A stretch of 52,812 bases of DNA, the filler included, from Basidioascus undulatus (lineage: Eukaryota): assembly GCA_000826855.1 (NCBI GenBank). It is 4 parts of 4 records of this genome, joined end to end, with 100 filler letters (N's around TTAATTAATTAA, not from the genome) between each part and the next. Parts side by side here need not be neighbours in the genome. Positions count along the whole stretch, not along the records: positions 1 to 13,136 come from JTLS01000838.1; 3 more parts are not named here. One strand, 5' to 3'. The notes below the pieces were generated by a model. The model did no database searches. It was given only the letters and a program-made list of their open reading frames with translations, and was not told the origin of the DNA. Each line of letters opens with the position of its first letter. Position 1 is the first letter of the stretch. A program made the position numbers and the translations under genes. Positions 1-11,509 of this stretch are shown here, one piece after another.

Positions 1-30
1 CTCCGTTACCCCTCGTCGCCCCCTCCGCAG

Positions 31-727
31 GATGAGTACTCCCTCATCAACAGCAAGCACGCGATCGGGATCCACGGGTACCTCCTCGTGTTCTCGCTCG
101 CGTCCCGCGCGTCGTTCGAGATGGTCCAGACCGTGCACGACAAGCTGCTCACGTACCACGGGCTCGATGCGCTGCCTGTTGTCGTCGTCGGGCAGAAGAG
201 CGATTTGGTCCAGCAGCGGTGGGTCGCGCGCTTCCTCTCTCTTCCTCCCTCTCGTGAGGGGCGAATTGCACTGCGGGAGGAGGAGGGAATGAGATGGCGA
301 GGGCTGATTGGGAGTGGCGGAATACAGCGCGGTGGAAAGGGAAGAGGCCGAGGAGCTCGCCAAGAAGCTCAAGGCGCAGTACGTCGAAGTGTCGGCGGCG
401 GCGAATGAGAACGTTTGTGCGTCGCTTTTCCTTACCTCCCCCTGCTCATCCCACTTGCCCGCACCTCCTTCCTATCCCCATCGCCTTTCTTCTTCTTTCC
501 CCTCCCCCGTCTCCATCCGCTTCTTCCTTCCATCTCCGATCTTGCCTCCCTTCTTTCCTCCCTCTCTGCCTATCCCGCACCGAGCAACGGAGGACTGACA
601 TGTTTGGGACCGTGGGACGTGGGACGGAACAGCTAAAGCATTCGACCTCATCATCGCCGAGATCGAAAAGTCCAACACGCCACCCTCTGGCGAGGGCGAG
701 AGCAAGGGAAAGTGCGTCGTGCAATGA
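31..727 (+). CDS. RHB1: Rheb small GTPase, 3' part (5' end lies outside the contig)
   Basis: Exons 31-218, 328-416 and 633-727 (GT-AG) splice to DEYSLINSKHAIGIHGYLLVFS...VVVGQKSDL...YVEVSA...AFDLIIAEIEK...GKCVVQ*. DEYS..N.KH.IGIHGY is the Rheb signature after G3, and the protein ends in a CAAX box (CVVQ). Confidence 0.92.
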
Positions 728-2319
728 GCGCCGCGCCTTTCCCTCCCTCCCCCGCTTCCCCTCGCCGCCCTTGCCCCCCGTCGCTTTCTTCCCTCGCCCG
801 TTCCGGGACTTAAATTCCTCCTCGACTCAATCACTCGCGCCGACCGCCCTCTGCCCCCTCGCCTCGCCTCGCGCACACCAATGCTCCGAACGTGCCCCGC
901 GCCTCTCCTTCCGCGCTCGTGGGCCCGTCCCCCATCCTCATCCCCTGCGCGCCCCGCCCCCGCCGATCCACTTCATCCCCGCACGACGCACATCCCATCC
1001 TCGCACGGACTCTTCCCCTTTCTAGCTCCTTCTCATTTTATTCAATTCCCTTCTGTCTTTTCCCCTCTCTGCGTGCTGCGTTCTGCGTTCTGCGTTCCTC
1101 TTCTGCTGCTGCTGCTGGTACTGGTTGCTGTTTGTGTTACACTATGCGTTTCTTTTGGGATGGGTCAGGGCGGGTTGATGATGATGACGATGATTTGTAA
1201 ATGAGGGGTTTCTTTTACTACACGCGCATGGCGAGGCCGAGTTGGCTGAGCTTGGTGTGCGGTGTGGGGTTTGTGAGCGATGGGTGTAAGGCTGAGGATT
1301 GGGAAGGCATAAGCTTGTAGAGGAGCACCCTTTGCAAGACGGGAAAAGAGTAGTATGGGAGTGTTACCCGGCGGCACTAGGAAAGGAGAGTACGGCGTGC
1401 GCGCTGATGCTGCAGTCTGCTCATAAGATCTCGCTTGACCATCCCTCAGGCCATTAGCCGAGGATAGAGCCTTCTTCCGGACAATCGAGGACGAGCACGA
1501 TCTCGGAAGAGAAGGAATCAGACAAGTACGAGTGGCAAGAGCGAGCAAGTGCCTGGTTTGTTCCGCACAGGAGCCTCAAATCTGCAGCCTCTTGCGACTG
1601 CAACTCACACGAACTGCTGCCTTTCGAGCCGAAAGTACAGGGTTTAAGAGTGCACTGTCCCAAACTTTCCGAAAGGAGATGCAGCCTCTCGCTGTCGGAG
1701 CGAGGACTGATCTTCGCTCTCCCTTACTGGCGGGATCGATCACGGACGGGTCTTTGAAGAGCATAATATTCAGTACAGTTCCCCCTTTTCATTCCCAAAC
1801 GCTTTGTGGGTGGTGAAAGCCTGACTGGCGCATTGACTGGAGCGGCATGGACAGAGTAATCTTGCGGCATCGACTCGCTACCGTTGCCGTTGCCTTCCGC
1901 TAGCCCGTGTAGTACGTAAACAGCTTTCAATACCACACATCGATATCATGAGCACCTCGATCGACAAGTATATCCAGGGCGGCTGCTTTAGCCCCAAGGC
2001 AAGGCATTAGCTGAGGGCGGGACATCGACTGTACGCTGACAGCGCTGAGCGCTGACCGACAAATTGGGGTGCCGTGTATTTGAATTTTTTAAAAAATGAA
2101 TATTAATATAGTCGGATTGGTGTACGAACCTCTAGCGGCGCCCTCCAACTAACTGACCAACGCACTGCGTTCTAGCCCCGCGCAGTGAAGTCGCTCGCCT
2201 TGATGGGCGGACTGATGTAGCCCACAGTATGGCTAAATCAAGGGGACTTAAATACTATAGGTCCGTTCCACTTCGAAATCTACGCAACTCAGCCCAGCCG
2301 TCAGCACAGTCTTCTGCTT

Positions 2320-3690
2320 ATGCAGCCCATCCAGCCAGTGCGACCGAGGCCAACAGCCGTGTCACGAAACCAAGCCTCGCAGTCCCGATACTGGACCCCT
2401 GAGAAGATTGCCGCCACAGGTGCACATGGGCATCGTGTGGGCTGCTACAATCTGACGACGGGGCTGAGAAGCGAGGTCGAGCATGCGCTGGTCGTCGCAT
2501 TGCCTGTACCCATTGACTCAGATAAAATCTGATTAGCCTACATCATATTAGACATAGTTCGAAGATTCATTTCAAGTCTGATCGACTGATGCAAGGTCGC
2601 ATATTGAAGAGCGTACAACGGTTGGCCTGCAGTCGAGTAAACCGTGCCGGACTCTGCTGCTCTCTTGGCGTTGACCTGGTCTATCAGGTTGACGAGCTCG
2701 CTCAGCCTGACAAGTGATCTTCGACTATACATCAAAGATACCCAAAGTGTTTACAGGCAAGTGTAACTCATGGGTACTTTGTCCTCGTCTGGCATCCTCG
2801 AACCTGAGGAGACGGACGAGGCGAATATGGGAGCTCCTTGGAAGAGCGTCCGCCGAGAGAGATATAACTGAAACCAAGACTTCCCGCACATTTTACGCTA
2901 GCACGTCTCTGTGCTCTTCGCCATCGATGACGTTGGGACACGGCCATCATGCAGAGAGTCGCTGAAATAACCCGAGCGTCTCTGTCGGCGACACCGCCCT
3001 GAGGACCTGTTGTTGATCCTTGGTGTTTGATGTGAACAATAGGACTAATTAGCATAGCTAGCATAGCTCCCATGCGGTAATATCGAGCGGCATGTGTGAA
3101 GACATTCACTCTTCACATTCGTGCAGCGTTAATGCGGAAGTGCCTCTATCCGTTACAACATCGTTAAACCCTCGGGGGCCTTTCTTTTGAAGTATACCGA
3201 AGTTGAAGAAGATTTCATATCTCGCTTGCCGATGAGCAGGTGCATTAGAGTAAGCTTTTAGCATACTGTTCATTGAGGTGCTGCAGATTTACTGTACGTG
3301 TCCAAACCAACGCCCACCATTGCCTTGTTCTCCACAATATTTCTCGGGAATACATAGGTTCTGAAATGGTTTTTGTACAAGGCATTCAACAAGTCACAAC
3401 TGTGACTAATCTTGCAGTCCCTTACAGCAGCCCAAGAAAGCTGGCCAACTCTGTGTGGTCTTTTCGCGGACTACGATCTTTGGACGCCACTGAGCGGATG
3501 GCTGCTCAGCGCCCTCATTTCCCAATATGGACCATCGCAACACACACGCAACGGACATCATGACGCGCAGACGGTGATCATGCAATCTTATCTGCATGCA
3601 CTAGGACTTGCAAGATTTAGTTCGCCGGACCGAGGAGGTCCGCCCCGACGCACTTCAAACACCTGGGTCCTGCTGCCCTTGTTTATTTGA
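2320..3690 (+). pseudogene. Possible degenerate fungal HNH-endonuclease-like gene remnant
   Basis: ORF 2320-2532 contains CYNLTTG...EVEHALVV, loosely like the C-x-x-T-G...AH-I-V start of fungal HNH_2 proteins. Later fragments (SWVLCP, LFADYDLW) lie in broken frames. Weak resemblance only. Confidence 0.2.
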
Positions 3691-4106
3691 TTTGATATGT
3701 GAGCGTTCCGATAAAGTTGACGAGAGAGAGCGTTGACGAGAAAGGGCCAAACAGGAGCGCAATCGGGACCTCGTCAGTGATCCCGGTCCTGATCTCGACC
3801 CTTCGCGCGCTCGCCTGATCTCGAAGACTCGACGTCGTTTCCCACCCCTCGATGTTCTAATAATTACTACATACACCTTCCAGAATTTCCCGGAGCTGCT
3901 CACATAAGATCATAAGAATAACTGGTGTCCAGGCGCGACTACTGTCCGGCTGGAATACTGCGTTCCGGTGTCCGGACTCGCTTTTCGAGACACCTGGCTG
4001 ATCTCAACAGGACTGCAGACCTCTGCACAGTGCAGACAGCACAGCTTGGCACAGCCAACCGGCACTACTCGGTCATGCGGTTGATACCCGGTTGACAGAG
4101 TACGGG

Positions 4107-4620
4107 CCCCGCAGAGCTCGCATTAGTTGCGGATTTTGGCTGGGATCTCCGACGGAGCCAAGCCGGGGCCGAAAGACCAACGCAAAAAATAGAGGGGCAA
4201 CGGTGGAGACCCCGCAGCCACACGTGGGTTTCGAGAGGGGCTTTGCTCGGCAAATTGTCGGCCTCATCTCGGAAGCTTTTCTGAAGCAGTTCACGGAGTG
4301 TCCTAGATCCCTCCGCGGGATATTCTCAGTGTGTCGAGCGAGGCCGGTGAGGCTTGAAGCAACGCCTCTGCGCATTGTGGCGACGACGCAGTGCGCGCGT
4401 TATGGCGCGTGCCTTGCTGATTGCTGATCGCAGTCCCTCCGGCTGTGCACGATCTTTCTGCTGCCTCGAACGACCTGGACCTGTAGCGTATAAAAGAAAA
4501 AGCAATGTCTTTTTCACAGCGACTGCGGGGGTTCGGTAGATCAGGAACCTTCCGAATAGAGCTAGGCCAGGGGTTTTGTGGGGCAAGCAGGTCGAGTGGA
4601 CGGGTCTCCCCTAGCCCCGC
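4107..4620. promoter_or_regulatory. Cluster of SYGGRG (CreA/Mig1-type) boxes plus TATA-like element upstream of the sugar transporter
   Basis: Matches at 4107, 4203, 4210, 4311, 4525, 4578 and 4615 (either strand), with TATAAAA near 4489. The position upstream of a hexose transporter fits carbon catabolite repression. Confidence 0.35.
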
Positions 4621-4847
4621 ATTTCTTGCATAGGGCACTATTCCTGGTCTGTCCCCTCCCGCCGGTTTTGGTACAGCAGGTCTGGTCTTCAAAAGCAGCC
4701 AGACACGCCCCCCCCCAACCTTTTCCCTCATCCTGCACATCCTCTCGCTTCCACACTCAGCGCTCGTTAACTAACAACCTCTACTCATCTCCTCCCTCCG
4801 TCCCTCTCCTCCCTTCCCTCCCTGCCTCCCTCCTCCCTCCTACACCC

Positions 4848-7252
4848 ATGCCTGCGGCTGTCGGGGGCACCAACTTCGACCTCAAGGGTCGCTCGGCCCT
4901 GCCCGCCATCCTGATCAGCGGTTTCGCCGCGTTCGGTGGTATTCTCTACGGTGAGCATAATCTCGTTTATTGGGAGAGGTGGCGAAGCAACACAGACTGA
5001 CGAGTCGCGCGCCCTCTGCAGGTTATGAGTGAGTGAAACGCGCCGCGTGTGTTGTGGCGGACCTTTCTGAACCTCCCCCTGCCTGCAGCACCGGTATCAT
5101 CTCTGGTGTCAAGGAAATGGACTACTGGTGCGCTGATTTTCTGATCTGGGTCTTTCTTTATGGGTGCTAACCGTCAGATTCCGCAGGCTGGAGGACTTCG
5201 GCACTTTGAACCCTGAGGGCAAGTACAAGCTCCCCCCGCAGGACGAGGCCCTCATCGTTTCCATCCTCTCTGCTGGGTATGCAGCTCTCACTATAGATGA
5301 TTACTCGAATGTTGCTAATTGTCGCATATCTCAGAACCTTCTTCGGTGCTCTGTTCGGGGCCCCCATGGCGGACTACTTCGGTCGTCGCGTTGGCCTGGT
5401 TCTGTCGTGCCTTGTCTTCTCGTGAGTTTCCTCTCTGATGCTATCTCCTCTGCTGAGGCTGACCGTCTGTCTCTGCAGTGTCGGTGTCATTCTCCAGGCT
5501 GTCTCACACAGCGTCGGCTTCTACGCCGGTGGCCGTGTCGTCGCCGGTCTTGGTGTCGGTCTCATTTCCTGCATTGTGTGCGTCTTCTTTGCCCCTTTGC
5601 AGCATTCCCGGGCTTCCAGACTGACACCGTTTTGCTCAGTCCTATGTACCAGTCCGAGTGCGCCCCGAAGTGGATCCGCGGCGGTGTCGTTGCCTGCTAC
5701 CAGTGGGCGATTACGATCGGTCTCCTCATTGCGTGAGTTCAGCTCCGTTTGCGCGTCGGCGCTTTCACGGCCGACTCGGTCCTTACCTGTCCCTCCCCTC
5801 AGGGCCATCGTCAACAACGCCACCAAGGACCGCAACGACGCCGGCTCTTGGCTGATCCCGACCTGTCTTCAGTTCGCCTGGTGAGTTTCACTTTAGTTGT
5901 GGGTCTGTGCAGAACAGCTGCTTACCGCGATCGCATTGTAGGGCTATCATCCTTGCTGGCGGCATGCTCATCCTCCCCGAGTCGCCCCGTTACCTTGTCC
6001 AGAAGGGTCGCGAGGAGCAGGCGCGCACGGCCTTCCAGCGTCTTCTGCGTTGCGGCCCCAACGACCCTGAGCTCGAGGAGGAGATCGCCGACGTCAAGGC
6101 TGCCCTTGCTGCCGAGCTTGCGATCGGCAACGCTTCGTACCTCGACTGCTTCAAGCTCGGCCCGGGCAAGAACTTGCAGCGTACCCTCACTGGCATGTTC
6201 ATCCAGGCGTGGCAGCAGCTCAGCGGTATCAACTTCATCTTGTGAGTTGCCTTCCCGCGGCCTCGAGGGAATACTGTCCTTACGCTCGCCCTTCTCCCAC
6301 CCAGCTACTACGGCACGACCTTCTTCCGTCGCTCTGGTATCTCCAAGCCCTTCTTGATCACGATTGCGACCAACGTCGTCAACGTCGGCATGACCATTCC
6401 CGGTATCTGGGCTGTCGACAAGGCTGGCCGCCGCAGCTTGCTCCTCATCGGTGCTGCCGGCATGATCATCTGCGAGTACATCGTCGCCATCGGTCAGTCA
6501 CCTTGTCTTATGCGGCCTCCTGGGCACGACACTGACATCGCTCGCTCTGTCCCCAAAAGTCGGTGTCACCATCGACGAGAGCAACCAGGCCGGCCAGAAG
6601 GTTCTCGTCGCCTTCGTCTGTATCTACATCGCGTTTTTCGCTTCCACCTGGGGGTAAGCCGCCACCCAACGCTGCACGCTCTGCTTCGGATGCTAATCCT
6701 TGCTCCCACTCTCAGTCCCATCGCGTGGGTCGTCACCGGCGAGATCTTCCCTCAGTCCATCCGCGCCAAGGCCATGTCTCTCTCCGTCGCGTCCAACTGG
6801 CTGTGGAACTTCGGTATCGGCTTCGCCACTCCTTACCTCGTCGACGAGGACAAGGTCAACCTTGGTTCCAGTACGTCTCGAGCGTCTTCTTTCTACTTGA
6901 GAGAGTAGTCACTTACGCCGCACTTCCGATTCTTGCAGAGGTCTTCTTCATCTGGGGCTCGACCTGTGTCGGCTGCCTGGTCTTCACCTACTTCTGCATT
7001 CCTGGTGCATCGCATGTCACACAGCCCTCTTGATACCTTGCTAATACTCCTCCTTCCCTGCCTGTAGAGACCAAGGGCCTGTCCCTCGAGCAGGTCGACA
7101 TGCTCTACCGCCACTCCGTCCCCTGGAAGGCTGCTGCCCTCCGCCGGGAGATCCTCTCCAACAACATCCACGCCGTGGACGAGAAGGAGAACGTCCATCA
7201 CAAGGAGCACGTCGACCCTTCTGCCAAGCTGTCGGACGCAGACTCGGTTTGA
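4848..7252 (+). CDS. MFS sugar porter, high-affinity glucose/monosaccharide transporter type (multi-exon)
   Basis: Spliced motifs FGGILYGYDTGIISG, DYFGRR, PMYQSECAPKWIRG, LPESPRYL, QAWQQLSGINFI.YYG, VDKAGRR, WGPIAWVVTGEIFP, ASNWLWNFGI and PETKGLSLEQVD. ATG at 4848, TGA at 7250-7252. Confidence 0.96.
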
Positions 7253-7817
7253 AGTTGATAACAAAAAATAGTGTACCTTACACCCCTGTATTCCTTAGCT
7301 AGCTTATACCCTCTTTCTCTACGGATTAAACACTCGTTTGTGGAGCTCTGGACCTGCGCCTGTGACTGTCCAACAGTTGGCACTGTTGAAGGATGTGCTT
7401 TGATTCGTGCAACGTGGGCATCGTTGCTACAATGGTGGACCTCGCTTCGGCGTACAAGCAAGTCCGCGACCGCAAGTAGGTGTCCACAGCGATCCAACTC
7501 GAGCTCAACTTAATTAGAACGGAGCGCCAGCTGCAGAGCTGTGTGAATGCAAGCTCGATTGCAGGTCCATACTGCTGCCAGCACACCATCATCGCATTCA
7601 TACGAAAACCAATCGATTTTCAAATCCAAGATCCACAGGCGTAGGACGCTCCATGCGGGACCGCTTTCGCAGCAACGGCGTAACTTCATCTTTAAGTCAT
7701 GCTCTCACGCGACCTCCGTGCGAAGATATAAAGTCCACTCTTCCTAATCCTGGCGATCCAACTATTCCAATTCCTACCCATTCACCCTATCGAGCACTCA
7801 ATTGAACGCTACCCACC

Positions 7818-8186
7818 ATGTCCGACCCCTCGAACATCGTCCGCGGCCACCAGGCCAACCTCAACAACCCCCGCACGTCGGACGAGGCGAAGGTAGCACT
7901 CGCGGCAGGTGTGTGTCTATTGGATGAGCCGGAAATGGACGTGGAGCTCAAGTGTTGAAAGCGAGCGGTTTGTTTGGACAGGTTATCGACCAGACCGTCC
8001 GCGACACGGACAACGTGCCTGAAATTGCGCAACGGGAGGTGGAGGACCTGGAGGACGACGAGGAGTACAACCCTCAGGTGGACAACGTGCCCGTAGGTCA
8101 AAGCTCCTTTATTTTCGGTTGATGTTGTATTCATAGTTATTCCTGTCTGTTCTTAGGCAGCCGGTTACCAGCATACAACCGAGTGA
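7818..8186 (+). CDS. con-6: Con-6 (conidiation protein 6) family small protein with an apparent 1-nt insertion
   Basis: MSDPSNIVRGHQANLNNPRTSDEAK matches the Con-6 repeat. The following G(T)AG CAC TCG CGG CAG|gt reads EHSRQ if T7894 is removed. Exon 2 from 7982 reads VIDQ followed by an acidic tail. TATAAA at 7727. The 3' end depends on a putative intron at 8093-8156. Absent from the ORF track. Confidence 0.75.
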
Positions 8187-9083
8187 TGCTGCAGAGTGAC
8201 ATGACACGATGAATGAATTTGAAGTGAACACCCCGTATGGTTCTGTGGGACAAAGATGTTAAGAATGCTGATTGCGTATTCACTTACCCTTTCAACCCTA
8301 AGAAAGTCAAGTTATCTCAAGGCAGTCGGGCGAGTGGACGAGTTCTTTACGGTGTATGTGTGTGTGGAGCCCACTCGAGCGAACGCTGCGACGCATGGCA
8401 TGCTGCCACGCACTCTGCGGGCTTTCAGAGCATCGGAAAGTGAACAGCTCGTTGCATTATTGCATCAGCATATGTCGCGGGTCTGGTTTCTTCGAAGGCG
8501 TGCTTACCCCGTTATGAAAGAAAATTTGCAACATACCTAGGAAAGCGTCGGCCCATCAAGCACTAATCTGCTCGCAGTGAGGTACATGTGGAAGAACCTG
8601 TGACCGTCAAAGAACCTGTGACTACTGTTCTCCTTTGTCACCTCTTGCCCTTATCGGAAATTCCACGGCACCTGTACAGATAGCGGAAGGAGGAAAGAGG
8701 AGTGCGCTGGAACCACCGACGCCGTTCTTTCTTCCCCTTGTCTGTCAAGGTTCGACGTTTCCACATGCTATCAATTGCTTGAGATTCCGAGTTCAATGTC
8801 CTGTGAAATACATGATTGCGCAAGTGTCCAACTGACATACAATCCCGGACACGTCGCCACATGGCGACCCTTGGCGCTTCCGTCACGAGCGAACCCGGCG
8901 AAGCGGGAACCTCAAGACGACACCTCGACACCTTGCGCCGTGTGAGGACGCCCGCGACGGCGTTTCTTAACGGATTCTCGCCTGCCCTCATTAACGAAGA
9001 TCGTTCGTACCAGATCCAGGATGCTGCCCTTTTAGCAGACCACCACCCACTTTTTTGGTCGAGCGTACTGCTAATTGCCCACC

Positions 9084-10374
9084 ATGGCTTCAGCTTCGTT
9101 TCAGGTGCCGAAGTGCCAGGCGGAGGAGTTCGCGGAGCACCTGCACCCGTCCGAGGAGTGGGACTCGCTCTGGTACTACTGGGACCACACCAAGTGCGTT
9201 TGTCTTATTTCCCTTCACCTCCCGAGAGAGGTAGGCGGCTGAGGCGGAGGCAGAGGGGCTGCAGGGAAATCAAGAAGCCGTCCTTCTTCCCTAGCGACGC
9301 GTCGTGGATCTGGAGAGGGCATGGGCTGCCGGGCCAGACGAACCGTACGACCGCTGCTACGGTGGTAAGTTTGGGTGTTTCTTGAAGCTAGGAGCTGCAA
9401 AGGTGCTGGCTGGAAGGAGCTGCGCAGTTTACGTCGGCTCCGTTCGCAGTTATTCTCGGATCTCTCCATTTGCTGGTTCAAAATCGACTGGGACGTGCGT
9501 AGCCCTCTACCCGCCTCGTTCTCTCTTCACCCCTCCGGGAACCTCTCCTTTGTTTAAATCCTGAAACCGCTCTCCAGACGTCCGCCCGCAACACGACCCT
9601 CTCGCGCCTCTCCGCCTTCCGCCCGCCGCACCATCCCTTCCGCCTAGACTTGATCGACGCCTCCCGCTCATACGGCACCCAGCTCGCGCAGTTCGCGCAG
9701 GCCGCGACGCAGGAGCACCACCTCGTGGGGTCAGGGGACAGCCGCGCGCTGGTGGCCGAGGCGCTCGAGCGCGTCGAGAATGGCGTGCATGGCCGGGCCG
9801 TCGGAGGATTCGACACGGCGTTCGGGTATTTGTTGTATGAGGGCGGTCAGAAGGATGGGAGGTGGTATGGCGCAGATCATGAGATAAGGCCGGGGGACGT
9901 GTTGCAGTGGAAGAGCGCGAGGTTTAGCTGGGACGTGCCCGGGAGGGGGGCCTGGGAGGCCAAGACCGTCAGGCAGGAGTTGGCTCTGGGGGACCCGCAC
10001 CAGTTCGCATTTCTTTCATTTCCCCGCGCATTCCCGTCTCAATACCAAGGACCCGATAGCTCACCCCCCTCCCTCTCGCGCCACACAGCACCGCCATCGC
10101 CATGTCCTCCGCGCCGCTCATCCCGGCCGTCCTCACCTCCAACGTCCCCGTCATCGCACTCCCGAACCTGGACCTGATCGACCAGACGCCCGAGCGCCCG
10201 CCGCGCTGGCACGTGGGCAGCCCGCCGCTGTCGGCGCTACAGAGCGGGAGCCTCAAGATTTACCGCCCCATCGGCGAGGCTCTCATCGGGTGCCCGGTCG
10301 ACGCGGTGTGGCCGCCTCGCCCCGTCGCGGGGGTGGTTTATATGCAGGAGATGCAGGAGCTCAGCGAAACGTAA
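9084..10374 (+). CDS. Stand-alone Bbc1/Aim3 C-terminal-type (cysteine-proteinase/CHAP-like fold) domain protein
   Basis: Spliced product includes FSDLSICWFKIDW, YGTQLAQFA, VGSGDSRALVAEAL, FGYLLY, IRPGDVLQWKSARF, LGDPHHTAI and LQSGSLKIYRPI. This is the motif order I recall for the Bbc1 C-terminal domain. Four GT-AG introns; no SH3 domain or proline-rich region. Confidence 0.7.
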
Positions 10375-10750
10375 AAGTGGCTCCCAGGGGAGAGGGGTTG
10401 ATGGTCGCTTGGGTGTTCTTATTTCTTTTGGGCTTCATGTTATGCTTCCACTTTCGACTGGCAGTCCGAGTAGGGTGTGTACTCAATCAACAGTAGCCAG
10501 CCCTGATTATGCTTAATGCATTAGATTGATGCCCTTTTTTTCACGTGAGACTTCTCTGGAGACATCAGAGCATGTAAGCATCCGACGCCAGACTGTTGCG
10601 GCCTTTCACCATCGCGCAGCGTGCGCGAGCACTGTCCACGTCCGGAAATCAAAGATATATAGGCGGCCTCGCCCGGATCTTCAAGAACCCCCCAGGTTTA
10701 TGATCTTTTACCTCCCACTCTGTTTTTCCAGTTACATCCATCGTAAGACC

Positions 10751-10918
10751 ATGCCCGCCTCCGCGCCCAGCAGCGAAACGAAACGAAAACGCACCGGGCC
10801 CTTCCCACTGCTCCACTTCGACTCCGTGCACATCAACACGCGCAACAAGGCCTTCCACATCCATCGTCACTTTCAGTCCGCCGGCGGGGTCGGCAAGCTT
10901 GCCGAAGAAGAATGCTAA
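10751..10918 (+). CDS. Possible small ORF, unknown function
   Basis: ACCATG context with TATATA near 10655; 55 aa MPASAPSSETKRKRTGPFPLLHFDSVHINTRNKAFHIHRHF... No recognised motif. Confidence 0.2.
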   Translation: MPASAPSSETKRKRTGPFPLLHFDSVHINTRNKAFHIHRHFQSAGGVGKLAEEEC

Positions 10919-11062
10919 AGTCCACCTTCTCCCGAGCTGTGAGCGCTGTGACCCGCCTGCGCGCAGGGTTTGTAACGTAAGACGCACCTATCATCAAGCA
11001 GCACGTTCCCCCTCACCGCGCTCATATCCCGCCCAATCTCAAGCATAACCTCCTGCGTAACA

Positions 11063-11509
11063 TTAGCCAAGCAGCTCCAAACGCTGCCCTCTCCCCTTGC
11101 TCAGCCTCGGCTCCCACCACCTACAACCGCGCCCAGACGGACTCAACTCGACCTCCTCTATCGCCTGCCACGCCTCTATCCTGAGCCCGCCAGATCTCAA
11201 CCGCAGCCGGTCCGACTGCTCCGGACGCGTCCGCGCGACACCTTTAGGGCGGAGATAGAACGTCCGCGAGACGGAGAGGGGGTTGAGCGCGCGGATGAGG
11301 CGCGTGCGGGCGGCGTAGTCGGCTGTGTGTGGGAGGTAGAGGGTTGAGATGTGTGGAAGCTGTGAGATGGAGGAGGGGGGAGGGGGGAAGGGCGCACGAT
11401 GTTTCTTTAGCCAGTCTGCGTACGGCGCGAGGTGCACGAACTCGCACATGTGGTAGTCCCTCTCACCATACGCATTCAGAGGCAGTTTCGAGGGCCCGCA
11501 GCCCATCAT
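11063..11509 (-). CDS. Small protein with N-terminal MGCGPSK lipidation-type motif; splicing and 3' end uncertain
   Basis: (M)MGCGPSKLPLNAYGERDYH is followed by a GTGCGA donor at 11447 and a pyrimidine-rich tract. The downstream frame cannot be fixed unambiguously. Confidence 0.4.
   Translation of the reverse strand: MMGCGPSKLPLNAYGERDYHMCEFVHLAPYADWLKKHRAPFPPPPSSISQLPHISTLYLPHTADYAARTRLIRALNPLSVSRTFYLRPKGVARTRPEQSDRLRLRSGGLRIEAWQAIEEVELSPSGRGCRWWEPRLSKGRGQRLELLG

Noticed and set aside
1070..1200. Short microsatellite-like runs (GCGTTCT, CTG, GAT)
   Set aside because: Ordinary low-complexity 3' UTR sequence downstream of Rheb.
8592..8622. 13-bp direct repeat AAGAACCTGTGAC x2
   Set aside because: Isolated short duplication with no associated element or other evidence of function.
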